From positions 3,998 to 67,997 of IMG/VR virus record IMGVR_UViG_3300018049_000017: a stretch of 64,000 nt of DNA; one strand, given 5' to 3'. The stretch is from a virus. A program made the translations under genes and the position numbers. Position 1 is the first letter of the stretch. The number at the start of each line of letters is the position of its first letter. Shown piece after piece: positions 10,061-19,391 of the stretch. Below the pieces are notes generated by a model. The model had not been told where the DNA came from. It did not search any database and saw nothing but the letters and a program-made list of their open reading frames with translations.

Positions 10061-10692
10061 TGCCACGTCCTTCTAAAATAATTCCTAAAGAAGATATAGA
10101 AAGAGCACAGCTTAGAACTAGATCTAATATGGCTGCAGCTAGATATCTTCGTGTATCTTATGATCATTACAAAAAGTATGCAAAGATGTATAAGAACGAA
10201 GAAGGAGTTACTTTATTGGAAGCACATAAAAATCAGCAAGGTAAAGGTATTCCTAAATTTGCATTAAAAGGAAAAGATAAAATTCCATTGATGGATTTAT
10301 TAGAAGGAAGAGTACCTATTGAGCATTTTGAAGCTCAAGAGATAAAACGAAGAATAATTTTCGAAGGACTTATAGAAGAAAAATGTGCTAAATGTAATTT
10401 TTCAGAGAGAAGAATAACTGATACTAAGGTTCCGGTTATACTTAACTTTATCGATGGCAATAAAAAAAATTGGCATCTTGATAACTTAGAGTTTCTCTGC
10501 TATAATTGTTCTTTTCTATATGCAGCATCGCCTATTGAAGAGAAACAAGCAGAGGCAATGGAGAACTATGTTAAGACACGAAATGACGAACCAGACTGGG
10601 AATTAGATCAAGCTCATATTGAGCATTTAAAGAGTTTAGGACTGTATGATGAAGAGTCAGATGACGGATCTGAGTATATTTCTAGACTGTAA
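10060..10692 (+). CDS. HNH-like protein, probably degenerate
   Basis: CAKC...LNFIDGNKKNWHLDNLEFLCYNC, with F in place of the usual first His. Confidence 0.6.
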   Translation: MPRPSKIIPKEDIERAQLRTRSNMAAARYLRVSYDHYKKYAKMYKNEEGVTLLEAHKNQQGKGIPKFALKGKDKIPLMDLLEGRVPIEHFEAQEIKRRIIFEGLIEEKCAKCNFSERRITDTKVPVILNFIDGNKKNWHLDNLEFLCYNCSFLYAASPIEEKQAEAMENYVKTRNDEPDWELDQAHIEHLKSLGLYDEESDDGSEYISRL

Positions 10693-10706
10693 AACTATTT
10701 ATTACC

Positions 10707-10859
10707 ATGGCCAAGAATAAAACAAATAAATTCTCCACTTGGAAAAAGAAGAAGCCCCTCGAGAGAAAAGTTGCTGACAAATTAGTCAACACACACGAAC
10801 GTAATGAAAAGTTACGTGAAAAAGAGATAGGGACTAAGTTCCTTGACATGTTTAACTAA
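10707..10859 (+). CDS. small basic protein, 50 aa (not in ORF track)
   Basis: MAKNKTNKFSTWKKKKPLERK...FLDMFN*, preceded by TATTTATT at 10696. Confidence 0.65.
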   Translation: MAKNKTNKFSTWKKKKPLERKVADKLVNTHERNEKLREKEIGTKFLDMFN

Positions 10860-10869
10860 ACTATAAAAT

Positions 10870-11469
10870 ATGAGAAACTTACCAATGGCGATTGGTGGGC
10901 TAGTAGTGATTTTATTGCTAATGGCTTTCACCTCAGTACAAAGAAGTTTTAACAAAGTAGAAATAATTAAATTAGAAGCAAAACCAATAGAGGTTATATT
11001 ACCTGACCCATTAGAGGGTATAAAGGTAGAAATAGATTACAAAGGACATAATGACTTTTTACAAGCAATAGGTCATAGAGAGTCTGGAAATAGATACGAA
11101 GTAGTTAATAGTTTTGGATATATGGGAAAATATCAATTCGGTAAATCGACATTAAAAGGTTTAGGATTTGATGTTACAGTAGATGAATTTATCAATAGTC
11201 CATATATTCAAGAAAAAGCAATGAATTCATTATTGTTGCATAATCAAAAAAAACTTCGTAAATTTATAGAACAATATGAAGGACAAGTAGTACATGGAGT
11301 ATTAATAACTGAGTCTGGAGTATTAGCTGCAGCACATTTAGCTGGAGCAGGTAATGTTAAAAAGTTTTTTAAAAGAGGATTTGAGTTTGAAGATGGATAC
11401 GGAACCAAAATGACATCGTACATGGCTCAATTCTCAGGATATACTTTAAGATTAAATGGCGGTAAATAA
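10870..11469 (+). CDS. lysozyme-fold / lytic transglycosylase-like protein with N-terminal signal or anchor
   Basis: Hydrophobic N-terminus, RESGNRY, GYMGKYQFG and AAAHLAG motifs. Confidence 0.75.
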   Translation: MRNLPMAIGGLVVILLLMAFTSVQRSFNKVEIIKLEAKPIEVILPDPLEGIKVEIDYKGHNDFLQAIGHRESGNRYEVVNSFGYMGKYQFGKSTLKGLGFDVTVDEFINSPYIQEKAMNSLLLHNQKKLRKFIEQYEGQVVHGVLITESGVLAAAHLAGAGNVKKFFKRGFEFEDGYGTKMTSYMAQFSGYTLRLNGGK

Positions 11470-12208
11470 AATAATCTTTTTAGGAGATACATTTACAAGA
11501 GGAGATGGAGCAGAATGGCCTGGGATGTTTTCCAAGCTAGGTGCTCTTCCTTTTGAATTTAAGCAAAATACTTGGCACCAAAGACTCAGAAAAGAGGTAA
11601 ATGATTTTAGTAAACTATCTCAAGACTTTAATAAGTTCTTCGGACCTCAGTTAGTTAAAAATGCTGAGTACGTAATAGAAACTAGAGAAAGTCAAGGCTG
11701 GGCAAAAAGAGTTGCCGATCATTTTAAACTCCCTTATAAGAATTATTCTAATAATTTCAAGTCAATAGGAGAGTACTTACCTTTTTTGAACTATCACAGT
11801 GATGATGATTTAAAGAATTGCTTAGTAATAGCTGGAGTACTTCCTATAGTAAATGATTTTACATTTAATCATGCAAATCAAAAACAATTAAGAAATATTA
11901 CTGTTCCTTATTTTGCTTCTCAGATACTTTTAATGAAAGAGTATGTAGAGAACAGAGGAGGTATATTTTTATATTTTCATACTACAGACTATCCTGAAGT
12001 ATTATATGATCCAAAGTTTAATGAGTTTATTTTAGAACTTAGTCCTCTGTTACTTTTAGAGGGTATTTTTGAAAATAATATTGGTCAGTCATTCAGATTT
12101 AGAAAGTTCGACGGCATTCATTATGATATAGGAGGTCAAAAAGAGATAGCAAGAATTATTATAAATCAGTTGGAATCCTCCGAATTTATTCGTATATTTA
12201 AAGAATAA
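11456..12208 (+). CDS. SGNH-like protein with Thr in place of the catalytic Ser
   Basis: FLGDTFTRG and DGIHYDIGGQ motifs. Confidence 0.6.
   Translation: MAVNKIIFLGDTFTRGDGAEWPGMFSKLGALPFEFKQNTWHQRLRKEVNDFSKLSQDFNKFFGPQLVKNAEYVIETRESQGWAKRVADHFKLPYKNYSNNFKSIGEYLPFLNYHSDDDLKNCLVIAGVLPIVNDFTFNHANQKQLRNITVPYFASQILLMKEYVENRGGIFLYFHTTDYPEVLYDPKFNEFILELSPLLLLEGIFENNIGQSFRFRKFDGIHYDIGGQKEIARIIINQLESSEFIRIFKE
12170..12200 (+). promoter_or_regulatory. Bacteroidota-type early promoter
   Basis: TTG(12170)-N20-TATATTTA(12193), then AAAGGTT-ATG. Confidence 0.75.
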
Positions 12209-12217
12209 ATAAAGGTT

Positions 12218-12376
12218 ATGAAATGTTCTATTTGTAGAAAAACTATCGACGGTCATGGTAATAATCCTTGGCCTTTAGAAAGTTCAGATAAAGATAGATG
12301 TTGTGATTCTTGCAACATGAATTTTGTTATTCCTGCTAGACTTAAACTTACTACCTATGGCGGAGAAACGTGGTGA
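12218..12376 (+). CDS. small Cys-rich zinc-binding protein, 52 aa (not in ORF track)
   Basis: MKCSICRKTIDGHGNNPWP...RCCDSCNMNFVIPARL...W*, directly behind the promoter. Confidence 0.8.
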   Translation: MKCSICRKTIDGHGNNPWPLESSDKDRCCDSCNMNFVIPARLKLTTYGGETW

Positions 12377-12671
12377 AACAGAGAAGTTAGTTTATGACTT
12401 CAATACAGCTGGTTGTTTAGAGATATTTATGAATGAGACTTGGTATCGTACAACAGCTAGAGACTTCAGATCATTTGATGGTCCTAGAAGAATAACAGAA
12501 CCTACTGATGTTAAGTTAGGTAATGTAAATGTTCCTATGAGAACATATGAGTATTGGGGACCGGTTTATATGTTTGGCACTAATAAAGAAATGGCCTACA
12601 CAAATTCTGGTTCTATGTACACAGGAAAAATATGGGAAAGAAATAGAAAAATATCAGATAGCAGAAGATGA
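12357..12671 (+). CDS. hypothetical protein
   Basis: ATG at 12357 (MAEKRG...) preferred over the TTG at 12324. Confidence 0.7.
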   Translation: MAEKRGETEKLVYDFNTAGCLEIFMNETWYRTTARDFRSFDGPRRITEPTDVKLGNVNVPMRTYEYWGPVYMFGTNKEMAYTNSGSMYTGKIWERNRKISDSRR

Positions 12672-12964
12672 AAAAATTTCAATTTAACTCAACAGAACAA
12701 TTCGAGGATTTATTCTCTACCAGAAACTTAGAAGTTACTGATGCAATAGTAGAAGGAATAGAAAATGCTATGGTTCATAGAAAAAGAACAGCAAAGATTT
12801 TTAGTGTTACTTTTGCTAACTATGAGGTCGCATATGAGATTAGCTTACCAAAAGTAGAATGGGTAGGTTCTTTAGATTCCTGTTTAGACTTTTATCACGA
12901 AAATAATGAAACCGATAAGGCTATTGATACTTGGAAGTTGAGAGAAACAGCTAAAGTTTTATGA
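12668..12964 (+). CDS. hypothetical protein
   Basis: ATGA-coupled ORF. Confidence 0.7.
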   Translation: MKKFQFNSTEQFEDLFSTRNLEVTDAIVEGIENAMVHRKRTAKIFSVTFANYEVAYEISLPKVEWVGSLDSCLDFYHENNETDKAIDTWKLRETAKVL

Positions 12965-14151
12965 GAATAGTTCAAAGTTATATTCCTTTTAACAAACATG
13001 CACAGCCAGAAGCAATAATCGGAAAGGATTATGCTTATCTTGCTTTGCTAAGTTCCTTACAGCTTAAAAAAGTATACGGTAATGTTACTTTATATACATC
13101 TAATAAATTAGCTGAAATGTTTGATAGTATGGACTTCCCATACGAATATAATACTTCGATTGATGATGAAAGAGCTGTTTATTTTGCAGCAGCTAAATTA
13201 AGAACATTTATGGATCAAAAAGAACCTTTTATCCATTATGATCTTGATACTTTAGTATTTGAAAAACCTAATCTTGATGTTAAGACTTCACCATTTGTAT
13301 TTTCTCATAAAGATATGCCTAATGGTGGATACTGGAAAAAAGATAGAGTTGTACCTAAACTAAAACATAAGGCAATAAATAAACTTATTCAAGATAGATG
13401 GTTTCAAAACCTAATGGATTCTTACCTATTAGCTTATTATAATACAACTTATCTCCCAAATGATTATCCTTCTCATTTGATCAACCCTAATAATATTCCT
13501 AATATGAATATCATTGCGGTGAAGGATCCTGAAACATTTAAGAAAGCTACAGCCATAGCAATGGATATTGCAAACAAGAACGAAAAGATATTTGCTAACA
13601 ATTGGCTGGCTTCTAATTTTATAGAGCAGTTAACTATTCCTCTTTACCTAGAATTGTTCAGTGAGGATTATAGAAAAGCATTAGATGATAAAACTCCGTT
13701 AGGTTCTCCTTTTATGTTCGAAAAAGATCCTTTTACAGTTCCAAGCTTAGGAACATCAGAAGAGGATGTAAAAAGACAAGTAAATAACCTTCCGGAATAT
13801 CCATTTAAGTTCCAAAACTATTATGCTTGTGGTGAATGTTTAGAATGGCACAAGAAAGATATTCTAATCAACTCTAAAAAAGATCTTTTAAACAATCTAG
13901 ATTTGTCCAAGGTTAAGTATGCACATATTGGAGGAGCAAATAAATCATTTGCATTGTGGCAAAGTATGATTATTCATACATTGATTGAAAACTACGGAGA
14001 AGAAACTTTATACAAAGTCACTAATCATTACAGAAAGATGCACGAGAGAGATAATATTCCTTATAAATTATCTACTGGTGAACAAGCATATGAAACTCTT
14101 ACAGGTAACAAACTATTTAGTCAAAAATACTTATATAGTTATATAATATAG
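12961..14151 (+). CDS. putative GT-A fold protein (DUF6734-like)
   Basis: LSSLQLKKVYG.V.LYT, AAAKL, PFIHYDLD, PNMNI and IEQ motifs. Ends SYII. Confidence 0.6.
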   Translation: MRIVQSYIPFNKHAQPEAIIGKDYAYLALLSSLQLKKVYGNVTLYTSNKLAEMFDSMDFPYEYNTSIDDERAVYFAAAKLRTFMDQKEPFIHYDLDTLVFEKPNLDVKTSPFVFSHKDMPNGGYWKKDRVVPKLKHKAINKLIQDRWFQNLMDSYLLAYYNTTYLPNDYPSHLINPNNIPNMNIIAVKDPETFKKATAIAMDIANKNEKIFANNWLASNFIEQLTIPLYLELFSEDYRKALDDKTPLGSPFMFEKDPFTVPSLGTSEEDVKRQVNNLPEYPFKFQNYYACGECLEWHKKDILINSKKDLLNNLDLSKVKYAHIGGANKSFALWQSMIIHTLIENYGEETLYKVTNHYRKMHERDNIPYKLSTGEQAYETLTGNKLFSQKYLYSYII

Positions 14152-14161
14152 TTACAAAAAT

Positions 14162-14206
14162 AACTATTAAAATAGTTGCCTAGGAACTTAATTTTTCGTA
14201 TATTTA
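14162..14206 (+). promoter_or_regulatory. early promoter with AACT-N8-AGTT inverted repeat
   Basis: AACT(14162), AGTT(14174), TTG(14176)-N20-TATATTTA(14199). Confidence 0.75.
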
Positions 14207-14234
14207 AGTATATAAATTTTTAATCAAATAAGTT

Positions 14235-15080
14235 ATGTCAGATGTTATGTTTAGTTTCGAAGGTCAGCAAGATTATATGACTAAGGAACAATTAAAAGAA
14301 GTATGTCCTTTAGCATTCGCTAAGGAAGCTACTAACCCAGACGTTAGTAAGAAATATCTATTCGTTAATACTGAAACGATTATAGATGATTTAGACAAAT
14401 TAGGTTGGAAACCAGTTCAAGCTGCTCAAAGAAAAGGTAGATCTGGAACTTCAACTATCTTTTCAAAGCACATGGTTGCTTTCCAGAATCCAGAAATTAT
14501 GATTAAAGGAAAAGATGGCGATGATGCTTTCCCTAGAATTATTATGACGAACTCTCACGATGGTATGCAAGCGTTTAAATTTAGCGTTGGTATATTTAGA
14601 TTAGTTTGTTCTAATGGTTTAGTTGTTGCTGATGAGCAGTTTAGTGATTTTAAAATTAAGCACAAAGGTTATACTTTTGGTGAACTTAGAAAAGTTGTTA
14701 AGCAAGCTGTTGCGGATCTTCCTAATAAGGTTAAGGTTCTTAACGATATGAAAAATAGAATTCTTACTCAAGATGAGAAGAATAAATTAGCTTTAGATGC
14801 TATGTTAATTAGAGCTGGTATCGAACCAGGTTCTGAGAAAGCTGAAAAATTTAACTACGATGATGAGACTATCGAAGATATTTTAGATCCTACAAGAGAT
14901 GAGGATAAAGGAGATAATCTTTGGAAAGTATTTAACGTAGTTCAAGAGAAGATTACTCAAGGAGACTTTCACGCTGCATTGAAAGGTGCTAAAGTTAGAA
15001 AGGTTAGAAAGATCAAATCATTTGAGAAAGATCTTGTAGTAAATAAAAAGCTGTTTAAGTTAGCTACAGCATTAGTTTAA
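14235..15080 (+). CDS. DUF932/DUF945 family phage/plasmid protein
   Basis: SKHMV.F and NSHDG..AFKF..G.FRLVCSNG motifs, LWKVFNVVQE. Confidence 0.85.
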   Translation: MSDVMFSFEGQQDYMTKEQLKEVCPLAFAKEATNPDVSKKYLFVNTETIIDDLDKLGWKPVQAAQRKGRSGTSTIFSKHMVAFQNPEIMIKGKDGDDAFPRIIMTNSHDGMQAFKFSVGIFRLVCSNGLVVADEQFSDFKIKHKGYTFGELRKVVKQAVADLPNKVKVLNDMKNRILTQDEKNKLALDAMLIRAGIEPGSEKAEKFNYDDETIEDILDPTRDEDKGDNLWKVFNVVQEKITQGDFHAALKGAKVRKVRKIKSFEKDLVVNKKLFKLATALV

Positions 15081-15096
15081 TTAATTATTGTAAGTT

Positions 15097-15128
15097 GGGA
15101 GAGGGCTTATACCCTCTCTTTGCTTTTG
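15097..15128 (+). terminator. probable intrinsic terminator
   Basis: GAGAGGG-CTTATA-CCCTCTC hairpin followed by T-rich TTTGCTTTT. Confidence 0.6.
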
Positions 15129-15130
15129 TT

Positions 15131-16354
15131 ATGAAAAGGTTATTTAATATTATATTAATCTTTCTACTACTATTGGCTTTGTTTAGTTGTGAGAAAGAAG
15201 AGTTAGAAGGACCAGGTCCTATTTTTGATTGTGTTACTTGTTATGATCAAAATACTAACTATAAGGTTGAACATTGGAAAATAGACTTTCCGATGATACA
15301 CAACGACTATTACGAATCTAAAACGGAGAATGGTCCTAACTGGGGAGCTCCAACAGATTTTCTTATAGTAGATTACGATAATGACGGATACCTAGATGCG
15401 GTTACAGGTGATTCTGATTATACATCTAGTTTTGCTGGAGTAGCAAACCGAAGGTACTTTAAGTTCTTTAAAGGTAGTCCTAATGGAGATTTAACTTTAG
15501 ATACTAGATCTCAGTATCAAAATATAGTTGGACCTATACATGGTGCGACATCTTTTTTAGGGGATTATAATAATGATGGCAGACCGGATATGGTTTTTAT
15601 TGATAGCGGAGTAGATGATCAGACCGGAACAGGAGCAGCTCCAGGATCTTATCCTATCATTTTGATGAGTAATGAACAAGGTTATTACGATAGGGTAGCA
15701 TATGAAAATGCTTATGGTGCATTTCATGATGGAGCATCCGCAGATATAGATAATGATGGAGATTTGGATATAGTCCTTCCTAGATGGGTCACTATGATAA
15801 ATCAAGGAGATGGAACTTTTAGTATACAACCTTTTCCAATTGAGACTATAGATGATCCAACTACTTTAGTTATAGCTGATTTAGATAATGATGGAATGTT
15901 AGAATGGATTTATGGCTCAGGAACTATGTATCAACCTCCAGGAGCATATCGTCACAGATCCTGGATTGGTAATCCTGTAGAAGGAATTAAAGATATTATT
16001 CCACATGTTGATAACTTTGGAATATTTTTAGATGTGAAGTTTTGGGATATTGACAATGACGGAGTGCTAGAAATGGTAGTCAATAGAGCATCAGATCAAA
16101 ATCATCCTCAAGGTCATTGGATAGCATGGCATATGCAAGTGTTAGATTATACTGATGATGGTGTTATAGATATTACTAACAGTACTATCGAACAGAATAC
16201 CTATTATCCTACAACTCCTGGTTTAGGGTTTGGATGGATTAGTTCTATCAATATTAGAGAAGATAAATATGGAAATGTTTTCCTATTCTCTGATGATGGA
16301 AATACATATGTTAAATGGAAGTTAGAGAATGGATTTTTCAAAAGAGTTCTTTGA
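15131..16354 (+). CDS. lipoprotein with FG-GAP/VCBS (DxDxDG) repeats
   Basis: MKR...LLALFS-C-EKEE lipobox. DYDNDG, DYNNDG, DIDNDG, DLDNDG and DIDNDG repeats. Confidence 0.85.
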   Translation: MKRLFNIILIFLLLLALFSCEKEELEGPGPIFDCVTCYDQNTNYKVEHWKIDFPMIHNDYYESKTENGPNWGAPTDFLIVDYDNDGYLDAVTGDSDYTSSFAGVANRRYFKFFKGSPNGDLTLDTRSQYQNIVGPIHGATSFLGDYNNDGRPDMVFIDSGVDDQTGTGAAPGSYPIILMSNEQGYYDRVAYENAYGAFHDGASADIDNDGDLDIVLPRWVTMINQGDGTFSIQPFPIETIDDPTTLVIADLDNDGMLEWIYGSGTMYQPPGAYRHRSWIGNPVEGIKDIIPHVDNFGIFLDVKFWDIDNDGVLEMVVNRASDQNHPQGHWIAWHMQVLDYTDDGVIDITNSTIEQNTYYPTTPGLGFGWISSINIREDKYGNVFLFSDDGNTYVKWKLENGFFKRVL

Positions 16355-16380
16355 TCCCATTATTTTTTTTCGTATATTAT
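16351..16380 (+). promoter_or_regulatory. Bacteroidota-type promoter
   Basis: TTG(16351)-N19-TATATTAT(16373). Confidence 0.6.
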
Positions 16381-16394
16381 AAATAAAAGAAGTT

Positions 16395-16583
16395 ATGATT
16401 GAATATTATTACGTACCAAGTACTAGAATTACTTCTAGGATTGCTGATCTTGTAATGCAAGGATGGCAAATAGGCATTGATGGTTACCACTACGACAGGT
16501 TGTCAAGAAGACCAAAAGGTAGAGCGATTATGCAAAGGTTAGTCAATGAAGAAAAACAAGAAAGAATTATTATTTATGCTTAA
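16395..16583 (+). CDS. hypothetical protein
   Basis: ORF directly behind the promoter. Confidence 0.6.
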   Translation: MIEYYYVPSTRITSRIADLVMQGWQIGIDGYHYDRLSRRPKGRAIMQRLVNEEKQERIIIYA

Positions 16584-16938
16584 GATTGGAGACTTAGGTT
16601 TAGGTATGCTTATGTTTTTTGTAGCACACCTATTAACCTTTTATCAACTAAATGGTCAGTTCCTTAAATCTACTGACTGGTTTAGAAACAATGAGTTTAT
16701 TGTAGCATCAGCTGGAATTATTTTATCCTATTTTTATATCTGGGGTACAAAATATACAGTTTCCGGAACGGATGATCTTTTATGGCCAGCTAGATTTATC
16801 GGATTTAGTATTGGTATGCTACTTTATGCTCTTTTAGTAAATTATCATTTTAGTGAGAGTATGAATGCTAAGACATGGGTCAGTTTATCTCTTTGCGTTC
16901 TACTTATATGTATACAGGTATTTTGGAAAGTTAAATAG
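16576..16938 (+). CDS. small multi-pass membrane protein
   Basis: Four hydrophobic segments. Start at 16576 or 16546. Confidence 0.7.
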   Translation: MLKIGDLGLGMLMFFVAHLLTFYQLNGQFLKSTDWFRNNEFIVASAGIILSYFYIWGTKYTVSGTDDLLWPARFIGFSIGMLLYALLVNYHFSESMNAKTWVSLSLCVLLICIQVFWKVK

Positions 16939-17643
16939 ATGGCAAAAGCATTCTTTTTTGGAGATAGTTTTACAAGAGGAGATGGGTTGTTAGATCCAGA
17001 ATTGATTCCTAATATAGATAATATTCCTCATTGGACAGAATATGTTGCTACTGAGCTTGGCTATTCTGAGTATGAAAATCATGGTAGGCAGGGTAATTCT
17101 AATGATGAAATACTGTTAGATATTATTTCTACTATGGGTGAGTTTAATGATGGTGATTTAGTTTGTATCGGACAAACGTTTATGGAAAGACAAATTTTTC
17201 CATGTTGGAGGATAGATAAAGTAGATAGAACAGGAAGGTTAGAATATAAAGATAGACATGAATGGATTACAAGAGTAGGTAGTACGAATGCAGGTGTTGA
17301 TGATCTTTTTCATCCTGAGGTACAAAAAAAGTTTGCAATGGAATCTGGGGAGTACATGGGAGATATGGTCATAGGAACTCAGGCGTATATTTCGTTTGTT
17401 AAGACCAGAATGCCTGCTCATTTTCAGCAATATTATAGATTTAGATTTGCAGAACTAGCCAGGTACTTAAATAAAATAGGAGTTCAGGTTTACTTATGGG
17501 ACGTGCCCGATAATTGTCCTGATTATGAATCAATAAAGAAATTTACAAACGGGCAGATTATGGACGGACATTGGTCTTGGAACGGTAGTTTATTGTTTGG
17601 CAAAAAGGTTGTAAAAGATATTAAAAAAGGTAAATATATTTAA
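16939..17643 (+). CDS. SGNH-like protein
   Basis: FGDSFTRG, GRQGNSN and DGHWSWNG motifs. Confidence 0.75.
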   Translation: MAKAFFFGDSFTRGDGLLDPELIPNIDNIPHWTEYVATELGYSEYENHGRQGNSNDEILLDIISTMGEFNDGDLVCIGQTFMERQIFPCWRIDKVDRTGRLEYKDRHEWITRVGSTNAGVDDLFHPEVQKKFAMESGEYMGDMVIGTQAYISFVKTRMPAHFQQYYRFRFAELARYLNKIGVQVYLWDVPDNCPDYESIKKFTNGQIMDGHWSWNGSLLFGKKVVKDIKKGKYI

Positions 17644-17644
17644 A

Positions 17645-17866
17645 ATGATTGAAATAATTCAAATATTACAAATTATAGGATTGTATTTAGCCACAGGCTT
17701 TATATGGTCTAAGTTTATAGAGTATTGTGTTGTAGGCAAGGTACCAGGATCTGTTGGTATGCCTTTTTCTACAAAAGATCACGTTTGGCAAATGACACTA
17801 TGGCCTCTCAGTGTGATAATTTTTATTTTTCACATAATTCGAAACTTATTTAACGGAGAATATTAA
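17645..17866 (+). CDS. small membrane protein
   Basis: Two hydrophobic helices, LWP motif. Confidence 0.65.
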   Translation: MIEIIQILQIIGLYLATGFIWSKFIEYCVVGKVPGSVGMPFSTKDHVWQMTLWPLSVIIFIFHIIRNLFNGEY

Positions 17867-18579
17867 TGAACGTATTAGTATTAGAGGAGATTATTAAAGT
17901 TACCTCTACTAACTGGAGATTTATATTTTCAGATCCTTTAGTAGATAAACTTAATTTTATACCAGGTCAGTTAGTTCAGTTATTAGCAAGACCAGGAGAA
18001 GAAAATGCAGTTATTAGAAATTACTCAGTAGCCTCCTGGCCTGATGGGACTAATAGATTAGAGATTATTATCACTTATCTTGAAGGAGGACAAATGAGTG
18101 AATACTTATTTAAAGAAGCTAAAGTAGGAGATGAATTTGCTTATAGAGGCCCAATGGGTGTATTTACTCTTCCTGATAATTTAGAAGAAAGAGAAATATT
18201 CTTTGTAGCCACAGGTTCAGGAGTATCTCCTTTTAGATCCATGCTAGGTAACATCTACAATAAGAAGATTCCTTTCAAAGGTATTAACTTATTCTTTGGT
18301 ACAAGAACAGAGAATGACCTCTTATATAGAGATGAATTTGAATTATACGAAAGAGAGTTAGTAAACTTTAACTATCATCCAGTTCTTTCTAGAGAAAAAG
18401 TAGACGGGATTAAAAGCGGTTGGGTGCATCCTCATTATCTAGAATTTGCTAATCTTTTAGATCAAAGACCATTAGTTTATTTCTGTGGTTGGGATAGAAT
18501 GATAAGTAATGGTAGAAAGTTACTAGCAGAAAAAGGTTATGAAATGACTAAAGATATCAGAGTAGAAATATTTGGGTAG
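17866..18579 (+). CDS. FAD/NAD(P)-dependent oxidoreductase, ferredoxin-NADP reductase fold
   Basis: RNYSVAS, GGQMS, GPMG, ATGSGVSPF, FGTR and YFCG motifs. Confidence 0.9.
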   Translation: MNVLVLEEIIKVTSTNWRFIFSDPLVDKLNFIPGQLVQLLARPGEENAVIRNYSVASWPDGTNRLEIIITYLEGGQMSEYLFKEAKVGDEFAYRGPMGVFTLPDNLEEREIFFVATGSGVSPFRSMLGNIYNKKIPFKGINLFFGTRTENDLLYRDEFELYERELVNFNYHPVLSREKVDGIKSGWVHPHYLEFANLLDQRPLVYFCGWDRMISNGRKLLAEKGYEMTKDIRVEIFG

Positions 18580-19319
18580 TGCAGTTCAAAAGACTCATAG
18601 CGTTTGGGGATAGTTTTACTTTCGGGCATGGTCTTCCTGATTGTCAATCTATGGACGGAATTGGTCCAGGCGATGAACCAAGTAAGTTAGGTTTTGTTTC
18701 TGAGTTAGCTAATAGTCTAAATATTAAAGAAGTACTTAACTTTGCATCTCCAGGAGCCTCTAATAGGTTTATTTGCACTAGTATTTTAAACTTTCCTGAA
18801 TTTAAACCAGATGACTTAATCTTAACTCAATTTACTTATCACGAAAGAGATTATTATTGGAATGAAGATGGACAATCACAGTTTGTAGGTTCTTGGAATT
18901 TTGAAGAAGATCCTTTTGGTAAATACTTTGCTAGTAGAACTTATAAAGAAGCATTTCAAAGGTCCTATGAAGCTATATTGCTTTCTATTCTCTATTTAAA
19001 AAAACAACACGGAGTTAACTTTGGATTTATAACTCCATCACCAGATGGGTTAGAATATTCTATATCTACAACGGATAAAACTATCTTAGATGAAGAAGCT
19101 GTAGTAAAGAATAGCAAACATAACAAATTTGTAGCTAACAGTATAGATACAGTTAATTCTTTTTTGAATGTTCAAGATGAGTACAAAGAAGCTAGTCTTT
19201 TTCATTTTGGTGTTAAAGATTTTGCTCCTGATAATTTACATTGGGGGTTGAAGAGTAACAAGCACTTTGCTCAAATATTGACAAATAGATTTGGTAAAAA
19301 ACGTACGATTTTACATTAA
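18579..19319 (+). CDS. SGNH-like protein
   Basis: FGDSFTFG, PGASN and DNLHWG motifs. GTG start overlaps the previous stop. Confidence 0.75.
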   Translation: MQFKRLIAFGDSFTFGHGLPDCQSMDGIGPGDEPSKLGFVSELANSLNIKEVLNFASPGASNRFICTSILNFPEFKPDDLILTQFTYHERDYYWNEDGQSQFVGSWNFEEDPFGKYFASRTYKEAFQRSYEAILLSILYLKKQHGVNFGFITPSPDGLEYSISTTDKTILDEEAVVKNSKHNKFVANSIDTVNSFLNVQDEYKEASLFHFGVKDFAPDNLHWGLKSNKHFAQILTNRFGKKRTILH

Positions 19320-19322
19320 AAT

Positions 19323-19367
19323 AACTTGTAAAACAGTTGTAAGTCTGCAGTTTTTTTCTTATATTTA
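19323..19367 (+). promoter_or_regulatory. early promoter with AACT-N8-AGTT inverted repeat
   Basis: AACT(19323), AGTT(19335), TTG(19337)-N20-TATATTTA(19360). Confidence 0.75.
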
Positions 19368-19391
19368 AGTATAAATATTTAATTAAAGGTT

